Position numbers and translations under genes: made by a program. A DNA stretch of 62,992 nucleotides, filler included, from Nemertoderma westbladi (taxonomy: Eukaryota > Animalia > Xenacoelomorpha), in assembly GCA_032718475.1 (NCBI GenBank). It is 4 parts of 4 records of this genome, joined end to end, with 100 filler letters (N's around TTAATTAATTAA, not from the genome) between each part and the next. Parts side by side here need not be neighbours in the genome. Positions count along the whole stretch, not along the records: positions 1 to 18,951 come from JAUCBJ010004411.1; positions 19,052 to 49,232 come from JAUCBJ010004824.1; 2 more parts are not named here. The stretch is one strand, 5' to 3'. The notes below the pieces were generated by a model. The model did no database searches and was not told where the DNA came from. It was given only the letters and a program-made list of their open reading frames with translations. Position 1 is the first letter of the stretch, and the number at the start of each line of letters is the position of its first letter. Of this stretch, positions 12,645 to 25,419 are shown in pieces.

Positions 12645-14228
12645 ATGTTGTTAAATCCACCCACTAGCGCGCTGAAGGAAAAATCATCCGGTGTCGATGC
12701 GATGACATCTATCATAAAAAGTGACGTTGGAGTTGATAATGTAGCAGGTGGTACCAATATTAAGATGATAAAAATAGAAAACGGTCTTGGGGAGGATGAC
12801 GACCCAGTTTCTGGATGCAGCAATCTGTCTGGTGGGGATCAGGTCATTGCCAATGATAAAGGCGATGAGATTGGGAAGGAACCTTCCACTGGTGTTACTT
12901 GGAAAGACAAGAGTAGCTCTATCCATTGTGGTAAAGAATTAGCACTGAAAGGAATTAAAAGGGAGCAGGTCGATTCTGATCCTAAAGGTAACAGCGCCAA
13001 ATTTTATTGTGTTATTTGTGACAAAATATTTGCGCGACATACATATCTCAAAAGACACATGAATAGGGATCATGGCGGTCTCAAGTATAATTGCGACCAT
13101 TGCGAGCAAATGTTCGCCCACAAAACCCTGATGAAATCACACATGACATCTGTTCATAGGGACATCAAATACATATGTATCCATTGTGATAAAGTATATT
13201 CCTACGGTAAAGGTCTTCAGCGGCATATTAATTCGATTCATAAAGGGTTAAAGCATCGCTGCGCCCACTGTAATAACGATTTTTCTCATAAAGGACTCCT
13301 CAAGTCCCACATACAATCGGTACATGAAGGTAAGGATAGCAGGGACACTAAACATAGTTGCGTTCATTGCGGTAAAATGTTCGCGCATAAAAAACACCTC
13401 AAGTCACACATACAATTCTCCCATGAGGGCAAGAGTGTCAATCATAGTTGTGTTCATTGCGATAAAGCGTTTACACAAAAGGGAGATCTTGAGTCTCACG
13501 TGCAATCCGCACACGACGGTAAAGGAATCAAACATTGTTGCGTTTATTGTGAAAAAATATTCGCGAAGAAAGGACTTCTGCGTTCGCATATCCAATCGGT
13601 TCATGAAGGGGACGGCTCCAAACACGGCTGTATTCATTGCGATAAAGTGTTCGAGCATAAAGCAGACCTGGAGTCACATATATTAACTAGCCATGAAGAT
13701 AAAGCTAACAGACACAGTTGTGTTCTTTGCGATAAAACATTCGCTCAAGATGGAACCCTTAAGAGACATGTTGACTGCGTTCATAAAGGTATACGAAAAT
13801 ACAATTGCGATTACTGCGATAAAATCTACCAACAGTTTGGAGATTTGAAGAGGCACACTGAATCGGTTCACAATGATGTCAAGTATAACTGCGCTTACTG
13901 TGATAAAGTGTTCCGTCAGAAAGGGTATCTGAAGCCTCACATCGAATCAGTACATAAGGGCACCAAATATAGTTGCTTTTACTGCGAAAAAATGTTCTCT
14001 CAGAAAGGAGCACTGAAGATGCACGTGGGTTCTGTGCATAAAGGATTCAAATTTAATTGCTTTTATTGTGATAAAATGTTTTCACTAAAAGGCGCTCTGA
14101 AGTCTCATATTGCATCTTCTCATAAAGATATGAAGTTTAAGTGCAATCAGTGTGATAAAGTTTATAAACGGAGTGCCGATGTAAAACGACATCGCGATTC
14201 AGTTCATCGGGATAACAAAACTCATTGA
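12645..14228 (+). CDS. C2H2 zinc-finger protein, 14 fingers, 527 aa
   Basis: Uninterrupted ORF with 14 CxxC-x12-HxxxxH fingers after a ~120-aa low-complexity N-terminus. A possible splice acceptor (ttttatattatAG, ~12631) lies just upstream. Confidence 0.93.
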   Translation: MLLNPPTSALKEKSSGVDAMTSIIKSDVGVDNVAGGTNIKMIKIENGLGEDDDPVSGCSNLSGGDQVIANDKGDEIGKEPSTGVTWKDKSSSIHCGKELALKGIKREQVDSDPKGNSAKFYCVICDKIFARHTYLKRHMNRDHGGLKYNCDHCEQMFAHKTLMKSHMTSVHRDIKYICIHCDKVYSYGKGLQRHINSIHKGLKHRCAHCNNDFSHKGLLKSHIQSVHEGKDSRDTKHSCVHCGKMFAHKKHLKSHIQFSHEGKSVNHSCVHCDKAFTQKGDLESHVQSAHDGKGIKHCCVYCEKIFAKKGLLRSHIQSVHEGDGSKHGCIHCDKVFEHKADLESHILTSHEDKANRHSCVLCDKTFAQDGTLKRHVDCVHKGIRKYNCDYCDKIYQQFGDLKRHTESVHNDVKYNCAYCDKVFRQKGYLKPHIESVHKGTKYSCFYCEKMFSQKGALKMHVGSVHKGFKFNCFYCDKMFSLKGALKSHIASSHKDMKFKCNQCDKVYKRSADVKRHRDSVHRDNKTH

Positions 14229-15911
14229 ATGAAATAACACATATGCTTGTTTTACCGGTATTGTTTATACCGGTACCGGTATTGTTTATACCGGTATTAG
14301 CAGCATCCATTGTTCGGTAAAATTCATCGACGGCTATTAAATTATTGCGTTGCCGAAGAATCTATAGCTTATCGTTTATAGTTTATCTTCTATCGGGGGC
14401 GGCCGCTACCTGCTGGCTGATACCTACGAAGGAGATACGATGATCAACTTAGACAAACAATCATGTTATTTTTCGTAGGTTTATATTTACCAATAGCGAT
14501 ATTTTTATATAAACATATTTTAACTCATTCGTAGGAATCTATTATACTCACTCTTTAGGCCCATTTATGTAGTACCGGTACCAGTGCCGGTTCGATATAA
14601 CACGACAAACTATAATCGCTAATGATATATAACCGTTGCTAGTTTATATAACCAATACAAGACCGATATAACCGATACAATCTAATGTTCTGTTTATTTT
14701 TAATATTAAGATTATTTAATATAAGGATATATCGTCGGAACCCAAACAGGTCGCTTATAGTAATGAATGATCCGATTTGTTCACAATTAAATTTATTTGG
14801 AGTATTAAATGTAATTATTCTTACATTTATTGGAATCGTTGTAACACCAAACTCTTAGATGTATATATTGTACATTCAAGTAATCCTTATGGTACCGGTA
14901 TAATATAATATAGATATATATATATTCACTAATTTTGAAGTATTTCCCTATTGCAGTACCTCTTACCTACAATCCTACCACTATTACTATTGTGTTGTTC
15001 GATTTTTCTTATGATCCTTCGCTATCCAACTATATAATTTTATACTCATTACAACAATTAGCTCAATAGCTGCTGATAATCCCATCAACTAAAAGTCTCA
15101 GTTATTATGTATTTGATATATTTCGGTAACCAAAACGTTATTTATTCACCTTCGGTGGTCCTTCAGCTCTCGTAGAGATTCTATAGTATATTGCCGAATT
15201 ATTTGATTGGAATAATTTATTTTCATTGAGATATTTCCATTAAATATGTTTTTTTTTAATTTGTAAGTAACGCAATATTGTGCAGTAAATTCATTTAATT
15301 GTTTCCCCCGCCTATATATTTTTTAAATTCAAAAAGTGTTGCATTTCTTTACTTTTTTCCCGAGTGTTTTATTTTAAATTAAAAAAGGTTCAATTTTGTT
15401 AAATATATTCCAGTTTATACTGAGTATTATTTGCTGGAATATTCAACTCAGTTGAAATCAGTAAAGTGGAGATCAGTTTCTATGATGGAACAATTATATG
15501 ATTTTGTCTCACATTAGAAAACAATGCATCAAAGCATTTTATTTGATATCTCTCTACCTATATTCATAGTCCCATAGAAATGACACCAACTGTGTAAATT
15601 TATAACTAAATGTGACGTTATCTTCTGGTCGCACACACCGTGGCCCCAAGGTTGTATCACTATCGGTGGTTTGTATCGATATGGGAAATTCTACACACAT
15701 TTTGGTTGAGGCGCTTCTAGTTATCCTATTAAATTTATTCTAGTATATTAGGCGACTCATCTCTAACATTTGGGCATCCATCGTCAACCCCAAATATTTT
15801 AAAGGTACAAATTTGGCGTCGTTATGTTTGGGAAGTGGAAACTATGAAAATAGGTACAAGTTTAAAAACTTGACAGCAGTTATTTCTGTTGCTCCTTAAT
15901 ATTAATACATA

Positions 15912-16258
15912 ATTTAATGTTTAAACGGGATCCCAACGAAAAGTGCAATCCAGATCCCGACTTATTTGGAACTGATTTCCGAAATAATCAAGTAAATTTG
16001 TTGAATATCTGATAAATAGTTCCAGCAGAACGGAAATGTTCTGATTATATAGAATTTTTATGTCAGTAAACCATCCAGTAATAAATTGTAAGATAATTTG
16101 AATATAACTTCTTCAGAAGTGTAAAATAAAGTGAGTGATACCCAAAACCCGCCACATATACTTAACTATAACTTTGAGTTATTTGATACAATCCCGATTC
16201 ATCCCGAGAGTGATAATCCCGGAAATCTCAAAAGTATGATCCCGTTTAAGCATTAAAT
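15912..16258. mobile_element. MITE with ~21-bp TIRs
   Basis: ATTTAATGTTTAAACGGGATC ... GATCCCGTTTAAGCATTAAAT (1 mismatch), with internal ATCCCG repeats. TSD is ambiguous. Confidence 0.7.
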
Positions 16259-16797
16259 ACATAGAGTAATTAATATATATTGAGTTTTAATTTTTTTCAA
16301 ATTTTGAACATCATGTAGTGCATCAGGCAGGTTATTATTAAATATTGTTTAATAATGAATCATCGTTTTTCTTATTAAGTGATTTGTGTACTGCAACAAT
16401 TATATGATAAAACTAAATACATAGGCCTACTTGTTTTAAAGTACCTCAGCACTGTGTGCTGATCCTCGTTCCTTTATTTGCACTGACTCACTACGTTCGA
16501 TCGTGAGACAAACAACGCTGTAAAGTACTACTTTACACATAAGAATGTAATTATGTGACAGCCCAACTAATAAGGTATGTAGGATAGCGGTAGTAAACAC
16601 ATACTGTACTTATATGATGTAATTCTTTATTAACTAATGTATTATAGATTAGTTACGTTGATGGTTGACAATTTATTAAGTGTTCGGTTTTATTGATGTT
16701 TTAGATGGATTTTTGTTGGCGTAACTGATTTTATTACTGAATACAAATTAATAGTTTGGCTTATTTAACCTTTTTTATAACTATAAACGACGATGCA

Positions 16798-17029
16798 TAA
16801 GTGTTATAAGGCCCTAATACAAAAAATGCAATTGTTCATGAGAGCCTAAAAAGATATAGAGAGATATAGGGCCTTTCTGCAGTCAAATATTGTCCGCTGG
16901 GATTAGGGCTTCACTTTACATCGCAATAATCATCTCATCACCTCCCATTGGTTAACTTCACCAGCTGATAAAGCATGTCTTAAAGTGTGGAATTTTATAA
17001 AAAATCCATTTAGGGCCTTATGACACTTA
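16798..17029. mobile_element. Small MITE with 20-bp TIRs
   Basis: TAAGTGTTATAAGGCCCTAA ... TTAGGGCCTTATGACACTTA (1 mismatch). Confidence 0.7.
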
Positions 17030-18609
17030 AGCTACGATTTGGTAGGTTCTGATTCTGATAAGTCTCTAACATTCCCAGTGATTACTCTATCTACTGTGGT
17101 TCCTGTACAGAGACATTGTTGTTATTCAAATCTCATATCCGGTCTCTTAGCTTTAATAACACCGAGGTCACACATGAGCTACCATCTTACAACATCCAAC
17201 TTTCAAATAACTACATCCCGATTCACACATAAACATTTAACTTCAAGCTCATAAAAAATCATTGGCTTTATTTCATTAGACCAGCAGTAAATAATCTCCA
17301 CTATATTCAGTTGTGAAATAGTTGTTATTCTGATTGGTTGTCATAGAGATGCAAGGCCAGCTGTAAACTTTCAAGTTAGATCATAGGACTGGCACACGGC
17401 CTTCGGACTATTTATTGCATTTCGAAATTTGAATCTTGAAAGTTTACTGTTAATGTGTGAACGTCTCCATAGGATACAATGTGATCTATATTTTAGTTGA
17501 ATGTCGATGTGTGACCCGGTCCTAAATGATAACTAAACAACGTATAATTAATACGAATTTATTACTACGACCTTTTAATTTTCAATAGAATTCCGTTAAT
17601 TAAATTTCGTCTCAAATATAATTAAATCGGCGTAACTTTAGGAATTTCAAATATTTTGAGTTGAACCTACAGGTATTGTGATTGACGTATCTTTGGTGAT
17701 GATCTAATGACCATTTGTAATTGACCACCTCGACTTTGTAAATACCAATGGCATTAATTACAACACTATTTATCTACCTCTAAGCACCGTAACAATTTCA
17801 TGAAGAATTTATTCAATTCTAAGAGAATGTTAACACATCATCAATTACATGAGTTCTGTATTGTAATAATTTAAGGGCCACATATGATGTAGACCCTGTA
17901 TGGTTGCTTTAAAGACATATCCTCTAAAACGGCCAATATGGTTAATTACATATAATTATATGTAATTATAATGACCCACTCTTCTTTATTATATATGTGC
18001 TCCATCTATAGCCTTTTGTTTCTGGTATTTAGTAGGCGGTTGTAATATACCTAATTAACCTTGCGGATATTATTACTTAACACATGCCATTGCATTATAG
18101 GTATTGAGTATAAATTCTAACGGGCCCTCCATCAACACTCATATCCCTATTAGTAATAAATAAACTTTATTCAGAAAATAAGTTCTATTATAAGAAAGAA
18201 ACTTCAATTTTCAATATTAGGCTTACAATGTTTAATTGTTTATTTACTATTGAGATTAACAAGAGGAGCTTCGATAAATAAGACCTACATAAAAATTTGT
18301 TAAATAATAAAAATTGAAACTGACTACGCCCACCATATACTGTAATATATAAATTTAATTCTCACATCAAAGGAAAGTTATGTGAAAAGTGTTGACGAAA
18401 ATAAACAGTATGTCAAATATGTAAGCGGAATTTTTTGGACTTCTGTTTATCGTATGATATTGTTTTTAGAGTTTTATCGATTTATTGAATTGGCCAAGAT
18501 ATAGTTGATTAAAAAAAGCAATGAACCTAATGTTAGTCAAGTAACAACCTACGCGTTTAATCGTGTGAGACAGTTAGCGGGGGACTTACCTCTCCACAAG
18601 GAAATTGTC

Positions 18610-18705
18610 GCAAGCAACTAACAGCTGATTATTCCCAAAAATAAAACCTGTTCTATTGACTATAATTTATTGTTTTAGTTAGAATAACGTGCCGCTGTAA
18701 CCTAA
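18610..18705 (+). repeat. Dispersed repeat fragment, second copy at ~59313-59403
   Basis: AACAGCTGATTA...AAAAATAAAA...CCTGTTCTATTG...AATAACGTGCC.CTGTAACCT is shared between segments 1 and 4. Confidence 0.75.
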
Positions 18706-18951
18706 AACTTTCTCTTAATTATTGATAAATTAATTTGAAGGGAGATATTAATTCGCCGAGATGGGATTAATGTCAAGTTTCTCCCAGGTCGAACGCAATT
18801 TAAAAACAACCCCCAGTGGCAGCCTACTGTTGCAGTCTACTGCTGAGCTGATATGATGGTGACACAGATCCATGGGGAGTACTTCAGGGTGACACACTTA
18901 CACTGTTCTTATTCGTAATTGTGGTTGGTTATATTCTACGCATGTCCTTAA

Positions 18952-19051
18952 NNNNNNNNNNNNNNNNNNNNNNNNNNNNNNNNNNNNNNNNNNNNTTAAT
19001 TAATTAANNNNNNNNNNNNNNNNNNNNNNNNNNNNNNNNNNNNNNNNNNNN
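18952..19051. other. Artificial contig spacer
   Basis: 44 N + TTAATTAATTAA (stops in all six frames) + 44 N, identical to the other two spacers. Confidence 0.97.
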
Positions 19052-19870
19052 GCCTGAATTTCCAATGCATTCGATGGTACGGATGTAGGCTCCTTAAATA
19101 CTGATGATGCTTTGCCTCCTGGGATTGTCGACTTTCCTTGTGTAGGATATATCATTGGGGGCAATGGTCCCCTCCATATCTCGGTGTCACATGATTTGTT
19201 TGGATCTGAGGGGGTTGCAATTTGTATCTTACTGGGCTGCGTGTATTGTCGATACAGTGTATTAACCAATCCCCCCCCCCCCACCGGTGTTACATTCTGC
19301 ACTGGGGTTGATATCATTATATTGGGACCTATACACTTATCTGCAATACCCCCCTCCCCCTTCCCCTGGGTATATATTATATCCTACCATGTTATTATAG
19401 TCATACTGGGGTGCAGGTACCGATATAGGCCTAGCAGGTTCTTCCTACTCACTGGTATGTACGCCGCGACTTCCGGATCTAATCCCGGCATTTGCATTAC
19501 CCTATCACCTACAGTATCTCTCCCAACATGGCCGATAGTATGATCAGTAAGACCTACAGTATGTCCTGCAGTCTGAATGTGGTCCTCCGGACCGAAGTTT
19601 AGACTTCTCGAATATTCCGAGAACTCCTCCCCGTGACTACCATATCATTGATCAGCAGTTATGTTCTGATGGGAAGTTTCCCTTCAATCCCTTCTTCTTA
19701 TCTCATCTTGTTCCTCTTGGTATATTCTATACCCCTCTCCTGGTGTATAATATTCATCGCCAGGCTGTGTTCCTTTGGGGCAATGGCAATCTCCCGAAGT
19801 ACAACCCCTCTTCAACTATCAATGGTTCGCTGTCCGTCCTATCTCTGTTAATCCGTTATAGGGAATATAA

Positions 19871-20148
19871 GGTTCCACCTTGGTGTAGTGGTTACATTGA
19901 ATTCACATCTCCCGTAGGTCGTGGGTTCGATCCTCACATGGACCAGGGCAGTTTTCGTTTTGGCACGAATGCTTTAAAGGGAGCAGCCAGGGTGCATCTC
20001 TGCCTTGCATCCTTAAGTGGTAGCTAAATGAGTACTGGAGTTTCCTCTGGGGAGTAAAGTTCTGGGGGGAACGCACTGGAAATAAGTCGTCAGACTTTGT
20101 GCGTAATCCCTGGCCTAGCGACCGAAGAAAATTTACTTTTACTTTTTA
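19871..20148 (+). mobile_element. tRNA-derived SINE
   Basis: A box TGGTGTAGTGG (19881), B box GGTTCGATCC (19924), acceptor-like GGTTCCA/TGGACC pairing, a central TAAATGAGTAC motif and a (TTTAC)n-type tail. Confidence 0.8.
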
Positions 20149-20731
20149 TCTCGACACCTCTGGTTGCCCGTAGCAATGTTTCCTCGCTTGTCCTTTTCGT
20201 CCCTATCACATTGTTCACTCCCGGCGTCATATCTATGTTCATGAGATCTCGTTTTGATCTCCCAGATGAACCCTACTGTTCTCCTTCTGTCTTCCGAATG
20301 GGATCGACGTTCCTTCATTTGGCCGTTTACGGCGTGAACGCCTCATCCCCTACCCGGTTGTACAGCCTCGTAGATATTCGCTGGCCCTCTATTCTCCTCC
20401 ATCGCTGGGCGCCCCGGTTCACTTAACTCACCGCGTGCATTCCCTACCAACATCTGTGGGGAATTTATTGCCACCCCCCCCCCCCCCCCCCCTCTCATCA
20501 CTAAGTGGTTGCGGTGGGATGGCCGTAGCCCCCCCTCTCCCCACCTGTCACTTCTGGCTACGCCCCCTTTCCCTCTCTTCCCATACTCTCTTCGAGTCGA
20601 CACGTCGCTTCTATTTCCCCTGGGTTCATTCGCCTGCGTTTCCACATGGCCTTAGGCCTCCGCTGGGCGAATCACTTGTCTCCCTACCTGTATTAATTAT
20701 GCCATCACTACTTTCTCCATCATTATTTGTC

Positions 20732-20875
20732 AAATTATTTTGTTCACTGTTATTATTTAAATTATTTTGTTCACCAATATTATTTAAATTATTTTGTTGA
20801 CCAATATTATTTAAATTATTTTGTTCACCAATATTATTTAAATTATTTTGTTCACCAATATTATTTAAATTATTT
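20732..20875. repeat. 27-bp minisatellite, ~5 copies, encoding (NNLNNIGEQ)n on the minus strand
   Basis: AAATTATTTTGTTCACCAATATTATTT tandem, in frame in ORF 20626-21192. Confidence 0.9.
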
Positions 20876-23800
20876 ATTAAAACATTATTTCCTGTAAGAA
20901 ATCTACCCTCATTAGTAATAGGATTATCAAGTACGGTATAATTAATATTGACATTGTCATTAAACGTAATGTCGTTACCCCCCCCCCCCCCCCCATCCAT
21001 CCGGTTACACAAGTCTTGTGTTGGCCATCCAGTCCCAGTAAGTGGGGTATTAACAAAAGTTTCCATTACCCCTGGTTCCTCATAAATACTTCCCGAACCA
21101 GCCTCACTCTCTGATAAACCCAGTTTTGCCAGTTCTAATTGGTGCTTTTGTTTCGCCTGATACTGCATTAACCCCCTCAACCAGGTATGCATATCATCCG
21201 CATTCTTCTGCCAGCCATCTCTCTTTCTCTATCCTCTCTAATACTCTGGTCAGCTGACTGCTTCTCTTGCGTCTCGTTCTTTGCGCTCGTTCACCTCTCT
21301 CCCGACCCTCTCGGCTTCCCTCACATCTCACTCTTTGTGCTCATTCGCCTCTCTCTCAATCCTTTTGGCTTCCCTCACAGCTTTCTCTCTATACTCATCT
21401 GCTTCCCTCGCAGCTCTCTCTCTATACTCTCTCGCAACTTTCTCAGCCCTCTCTTTACACTCTCTCGCTAACTCTCTTTCCCTTTCTAACAATGCAGTCC
21501 CTTCATCTAACTATCTCTCTAACTCCTTTTGGTCTAACGCAACTATGTCTAACTGACACGCCAGATCTATTTCTAAGACCCTTCTTGCTTTCGTGGAGGA
21601 TGTAGCGGACTTTTCAGTTGCGACAGACTCCCATCGCCTGCCGGTTTTACTACTTTTATCATATTTACTAGTGGTGCCCGTGGTTCTACTGACGGATGAC
21701 ACGGAATCCTCCGGGTTTACGTCAGTTTCGGTGTAATTCGAACCCCCCCCCCCCCCCCCCCCATCCCACTAACTTAATCCCTCATGCATCTACTAGATAA
21801 GGTCCTATCTACACTATACTGTATGGCATTATCCCTGATCACCACAATTCAAACAGTTTTGTGGTGACCTCTCTTGCCCTTTCATTTGCCCTGCCCAAAT
21901 TTGGCTAAATAGTGAAAGTGTTTATTGTGCTCACCAAGTTTGTGGTTTAACTTGGGCTCATCTACCTTTCCTCCATTCTTGGCATCATTGAGGATTCTCC
22001 TCGTGGCGTTATACCCACGTCATAGGCGATCAATCATCCCGACGCCCTCATCCTGGACTTCTTCTCCTCGTTGTCTTGTCCAGTGTCACACTGTCGGCCT
22101 GCCCGTCGCCGTTCCGGTGGGCTGCTCACCACCTCCAGCCATTGGTTGGCTGATGGCACCAGTGCTTCCCTCTCCGCTGCTCCCGTGTCGACTCACATTC
22201 TCCCCTCTTCGGTACCTGTCCACCGTCCTCCGCTCCAACCAAACTGTCGTCTGCTGGCGAATCCGGTGTGGTAGGCCAGTACCTCCAAGTCGCCGCCTCC
22301 CGAATCGTTGCGTCCCTGTCGCTGGGAGTGCTTGGCAGACTCCTTTCTCCGATCAAACTCTGGGGCGTCTCTCCTGGTTTGCTTATGTTGGCCTCACTGT
22401 TGGCGTATCGTCGGTGTCACAGTTGTTCTTTTGTCACTTTGTCTAGAGGTTTTGACTGAGACGGGATCCGCGTTGGCACAGGATCTCAACCGGTGTATGT
22501 TATGTCGTGTAGAGTACGTGTCGCCGTGTTGCAGTAACTATAAAAGATTGAAAGGACGTAGGCCGGTGTATCAAAAGTTTTTAGGTTATTGTTGTTAATA
22601 ATTTATGATATAAGTACCAGTATAGTTACAGCACAAACAGTATATAGCACTTGTGATGATAGTCAAAACCATCCGACTTCCACGGTTATTAATTTCCAAC
22701 TGAACATAATCAACATTGAGTAACGGTTATATACATATTGCATAGAAATCTTATGCATCCCTACCTATGGTTGACTACCAATAGATACGCGTTAATTGGT
22801 CGTATTCTGTCCCTCCATTGGTTGGTTTTCCCTTCACCACTCCCTATCTCCTCTGGCCCTGTGCTAGCTTCCCCCCTGAGATATGTTGGTATCTATCTCC
22901 AACCTGGCATTATATTGCCCTGTTCCCTTATTTCTTCCTGGTAGGCAATATTATATTGGGTATAATATTGCATATTTGATTGTGATTAGTAAATCGCAAT
23001 TCCCCATTTTCTCACTGGGTGGTGTGCAGCGGATTGGATTCGCTAACACAATGCCATGATAGTGGCATTGTTGTCGGTGATATCGTCTGTTTGAATGCAT
23101 CGAGGTGATATCGTCGGTTTTATCACAGCATCTTGCCTTCAGTTGGCCAGCAGCTTTCCCAGCTACCAACTTATTAATTGCCAATACTACCTCTATGGGA
23201 GTTACAATAATTGAAGGTCAGAAATACCCGAGAGCTTTCTGTCAACCTCCTATATATGAGGTTCTAGTTGATTAGCATTTAATTGTTTTAAATTTGTTTT
23301 TAAACATATCGCAAACCTTGTTTTCGCCTTGTTCTGAGTATAGGAGTAAATGGATTCCGCTAACTTGTCACTGAGGATCTGTTTTTGTTACGTTTGCACT
23401 CGCGCATATGGGGCTTCAAATTTAATCTGGCTTTTGAGTATTCCTCGTAAAAGTGAACATTTTTGGACAACCATTACTTTTCCTCAATAAAGCAACTGAC
23501 GAGATAAGTTACATTTGTCACTCAAAAAATCATTTCAACCACGGATATTTCTTTTAACACCTTTGTTGGCAGATTTTATGGTTTGAATACTAGATTCTAG
23601 ATTCGCGGCTCTTACCAAACAATCTAATATACATTTCTAATAATCATCAATACAAGATTCATTATTACTGGACAGACAGTAGAGGAAAAATTATTAGCAA
23701 TAATGTAACTTGTATCTAATTGAGACAACAACACATTGAGATTATTTGTGTGGGCAGAGAACTGCTGGGGCGCATCTTTGCACCATTCGAACTTGTTACA

Positions 23801-23959
23801 TGTTGTGACGCAATTTGGTTTAGTTGCGCTATCATTAACAATGTTACTATTCAATATATGATATACTGTATAGTGTATATTAGAGATTCATTAAACAGGA
23901 AAGTGGTCAGATAATACTCACTCATAATGCACATAGAAATCAAGATTGAATGGCATTAA

Positions 23960-24660
23960 GGCCCATTTCCATGCTACTTTTTTATGTGCGGTATTCTGAG
24001 CTTTTTTTGAGCTTTTTTTCAAGCTTTTTTTTTAGCTTCTTTCAAGCTTGTTGTTTTTCTAACGTTCAGTTAAAATGAAGATATAATTTGAATATTCTAG
24101 AATTAGATAATTATGATATTCGACCCAGCTTTTTTTTTGAGCTGTTTATCAAGCTTTTTTTGAGCTTTTTTGAAACTTTTTAAGAGCTTTTTTTAATCTT
24201 TTTTTTAGCTTTTATCAAGCTTGTTATGCCTTTTCTAACGTTCAGTTAAAATGAAGATATAATATGAATATTCTAGAATTAGATAACTATAATATTCGAC
24301 CCAGCTTTTTTTTAGCTTTTTTTCAAGCTTTTTTTAGAGATTTTTTTTATGTTTTTTTGAGCTTTTTTTCAAGCATGTTATGCCTTTCTAATGTTCAGTT
24401 AAAATGAAGATATAATATGAATATTCTAGAATTAGATAATTATGATTTTCGACCCTGTTCATTTTTGAGCTGTTTTTCTAGTTTTTTTGAGCTTTTTTTC
24501 AAGCTTTATTATAAGCTTTTTTTGGAGCTTTATTCTATATTTTAGGTTTTAACATTCCAAATTTCTCAGATTTACCGTGAAGCAATGAATTTCTAGAAAT
24601 TGTTTTAACTTAAAAAAGCTTGAAATAAAGATAAAAAAAAAAGCAGCGTGGAAACTGTCC
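23960..24660. mobile_element. MITE flanked by TTAA (PIF/Harbinger- or Kolobok-like) with three ~180-bp internal repeats
   Basis: Imperfect TIR GGCCCATTTCCATGCTACTTTTTT / AAAAAAGCAGCGTGGAAACTGTCC, TTAA at 23956 and 24661, and AGCTTTTTT-rich internal units. Confidence 0.75.
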
Positions 24661-25419
24661 TTAACACTCTCTACCAGAGCATGCAGCATGGTCGAGCCAT
24701 GAGGAGCAGCCATGTGCAGCATTAACGAAAGTGAAAGTTTCTTGCAGTAGAAACATTGTATCAGAAAGACTCAAACAGCTGTCTGTAGCCTAATCACTAA
24801 GTTGTCTATAAAAAGTTTTAAATAATGCTGCATTAAAGTCCTCTAACACAAAACATTGATGAGTACTTTCGCAGAATAACGACCTAGGTAATCTAAGAAC
24901 TCAGATTTATTGCTATTGCACTGAAAAGGGAGATAAACATTACGTAGAAATAAGCACTGACCGCCAGATAAATTAATTATAATCCACAAAAATACGGTTA
25001 TCGCCAAAAGTAACGCATTTGACAGCAGGAGCGACACTTTTCTTATATAAAATGGTTAAGCCGCGATAAGCATGACCAGTTAACAGATTGTTTCTGTAAT
25101 CTATGGGGGATCTACCTAGCTAGGTACCTACCTCCTGTTGATTCAATTTAAAAAGCCAAGATCCTGAACCAACAGGAAGTGCTCTTGCAGGAATATTATA
25201 TCCTTTGATAGGTTACAGATTTCTTTCTAAGAAGAATTTGGCGTTCTAACAAAGCTATAGTTTATGTTGCCACTGAGAAGTGCAATGAAAAGCTTTAGCA
25301 AAAAGACTGTAACAAATATAAATAAAATATAAGTAAAAATAGCATAAATATCTTAAAATGAAAATTTTCTATGATTAGGTTAATAGAAAAATAAAAAAAT
25401 ATAAAAAAAATCAACAATA

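Larger units (their letters stand above)
19052..22950 (-). mobile_element. Decayed retroelement-like region (possible LTR, leader and gag-like ORF1)
   Basis: Purine-rich minus strand with a chain of broken ORFs (21511-21702, an E/R-rich coiled-coil at ~21200-21500, 20626-21192, 20343-20645, 19052-19317) and an LTR-like block from ~22526. No gag knuckle, protease or RT motif was recognised. Confidence 0.4.

Noticed and set aside
18549-18580. LSU rRNA-like GTGAGACAG word
   Set aside because: Too short, with no flanking rRNA similarity.
19871-19946. Functional tRNA gene (also 28185 and 49540)
   Set aside because: The arms pair poorly or are missing, and the 19871 copy continues into a SINE body and tail.
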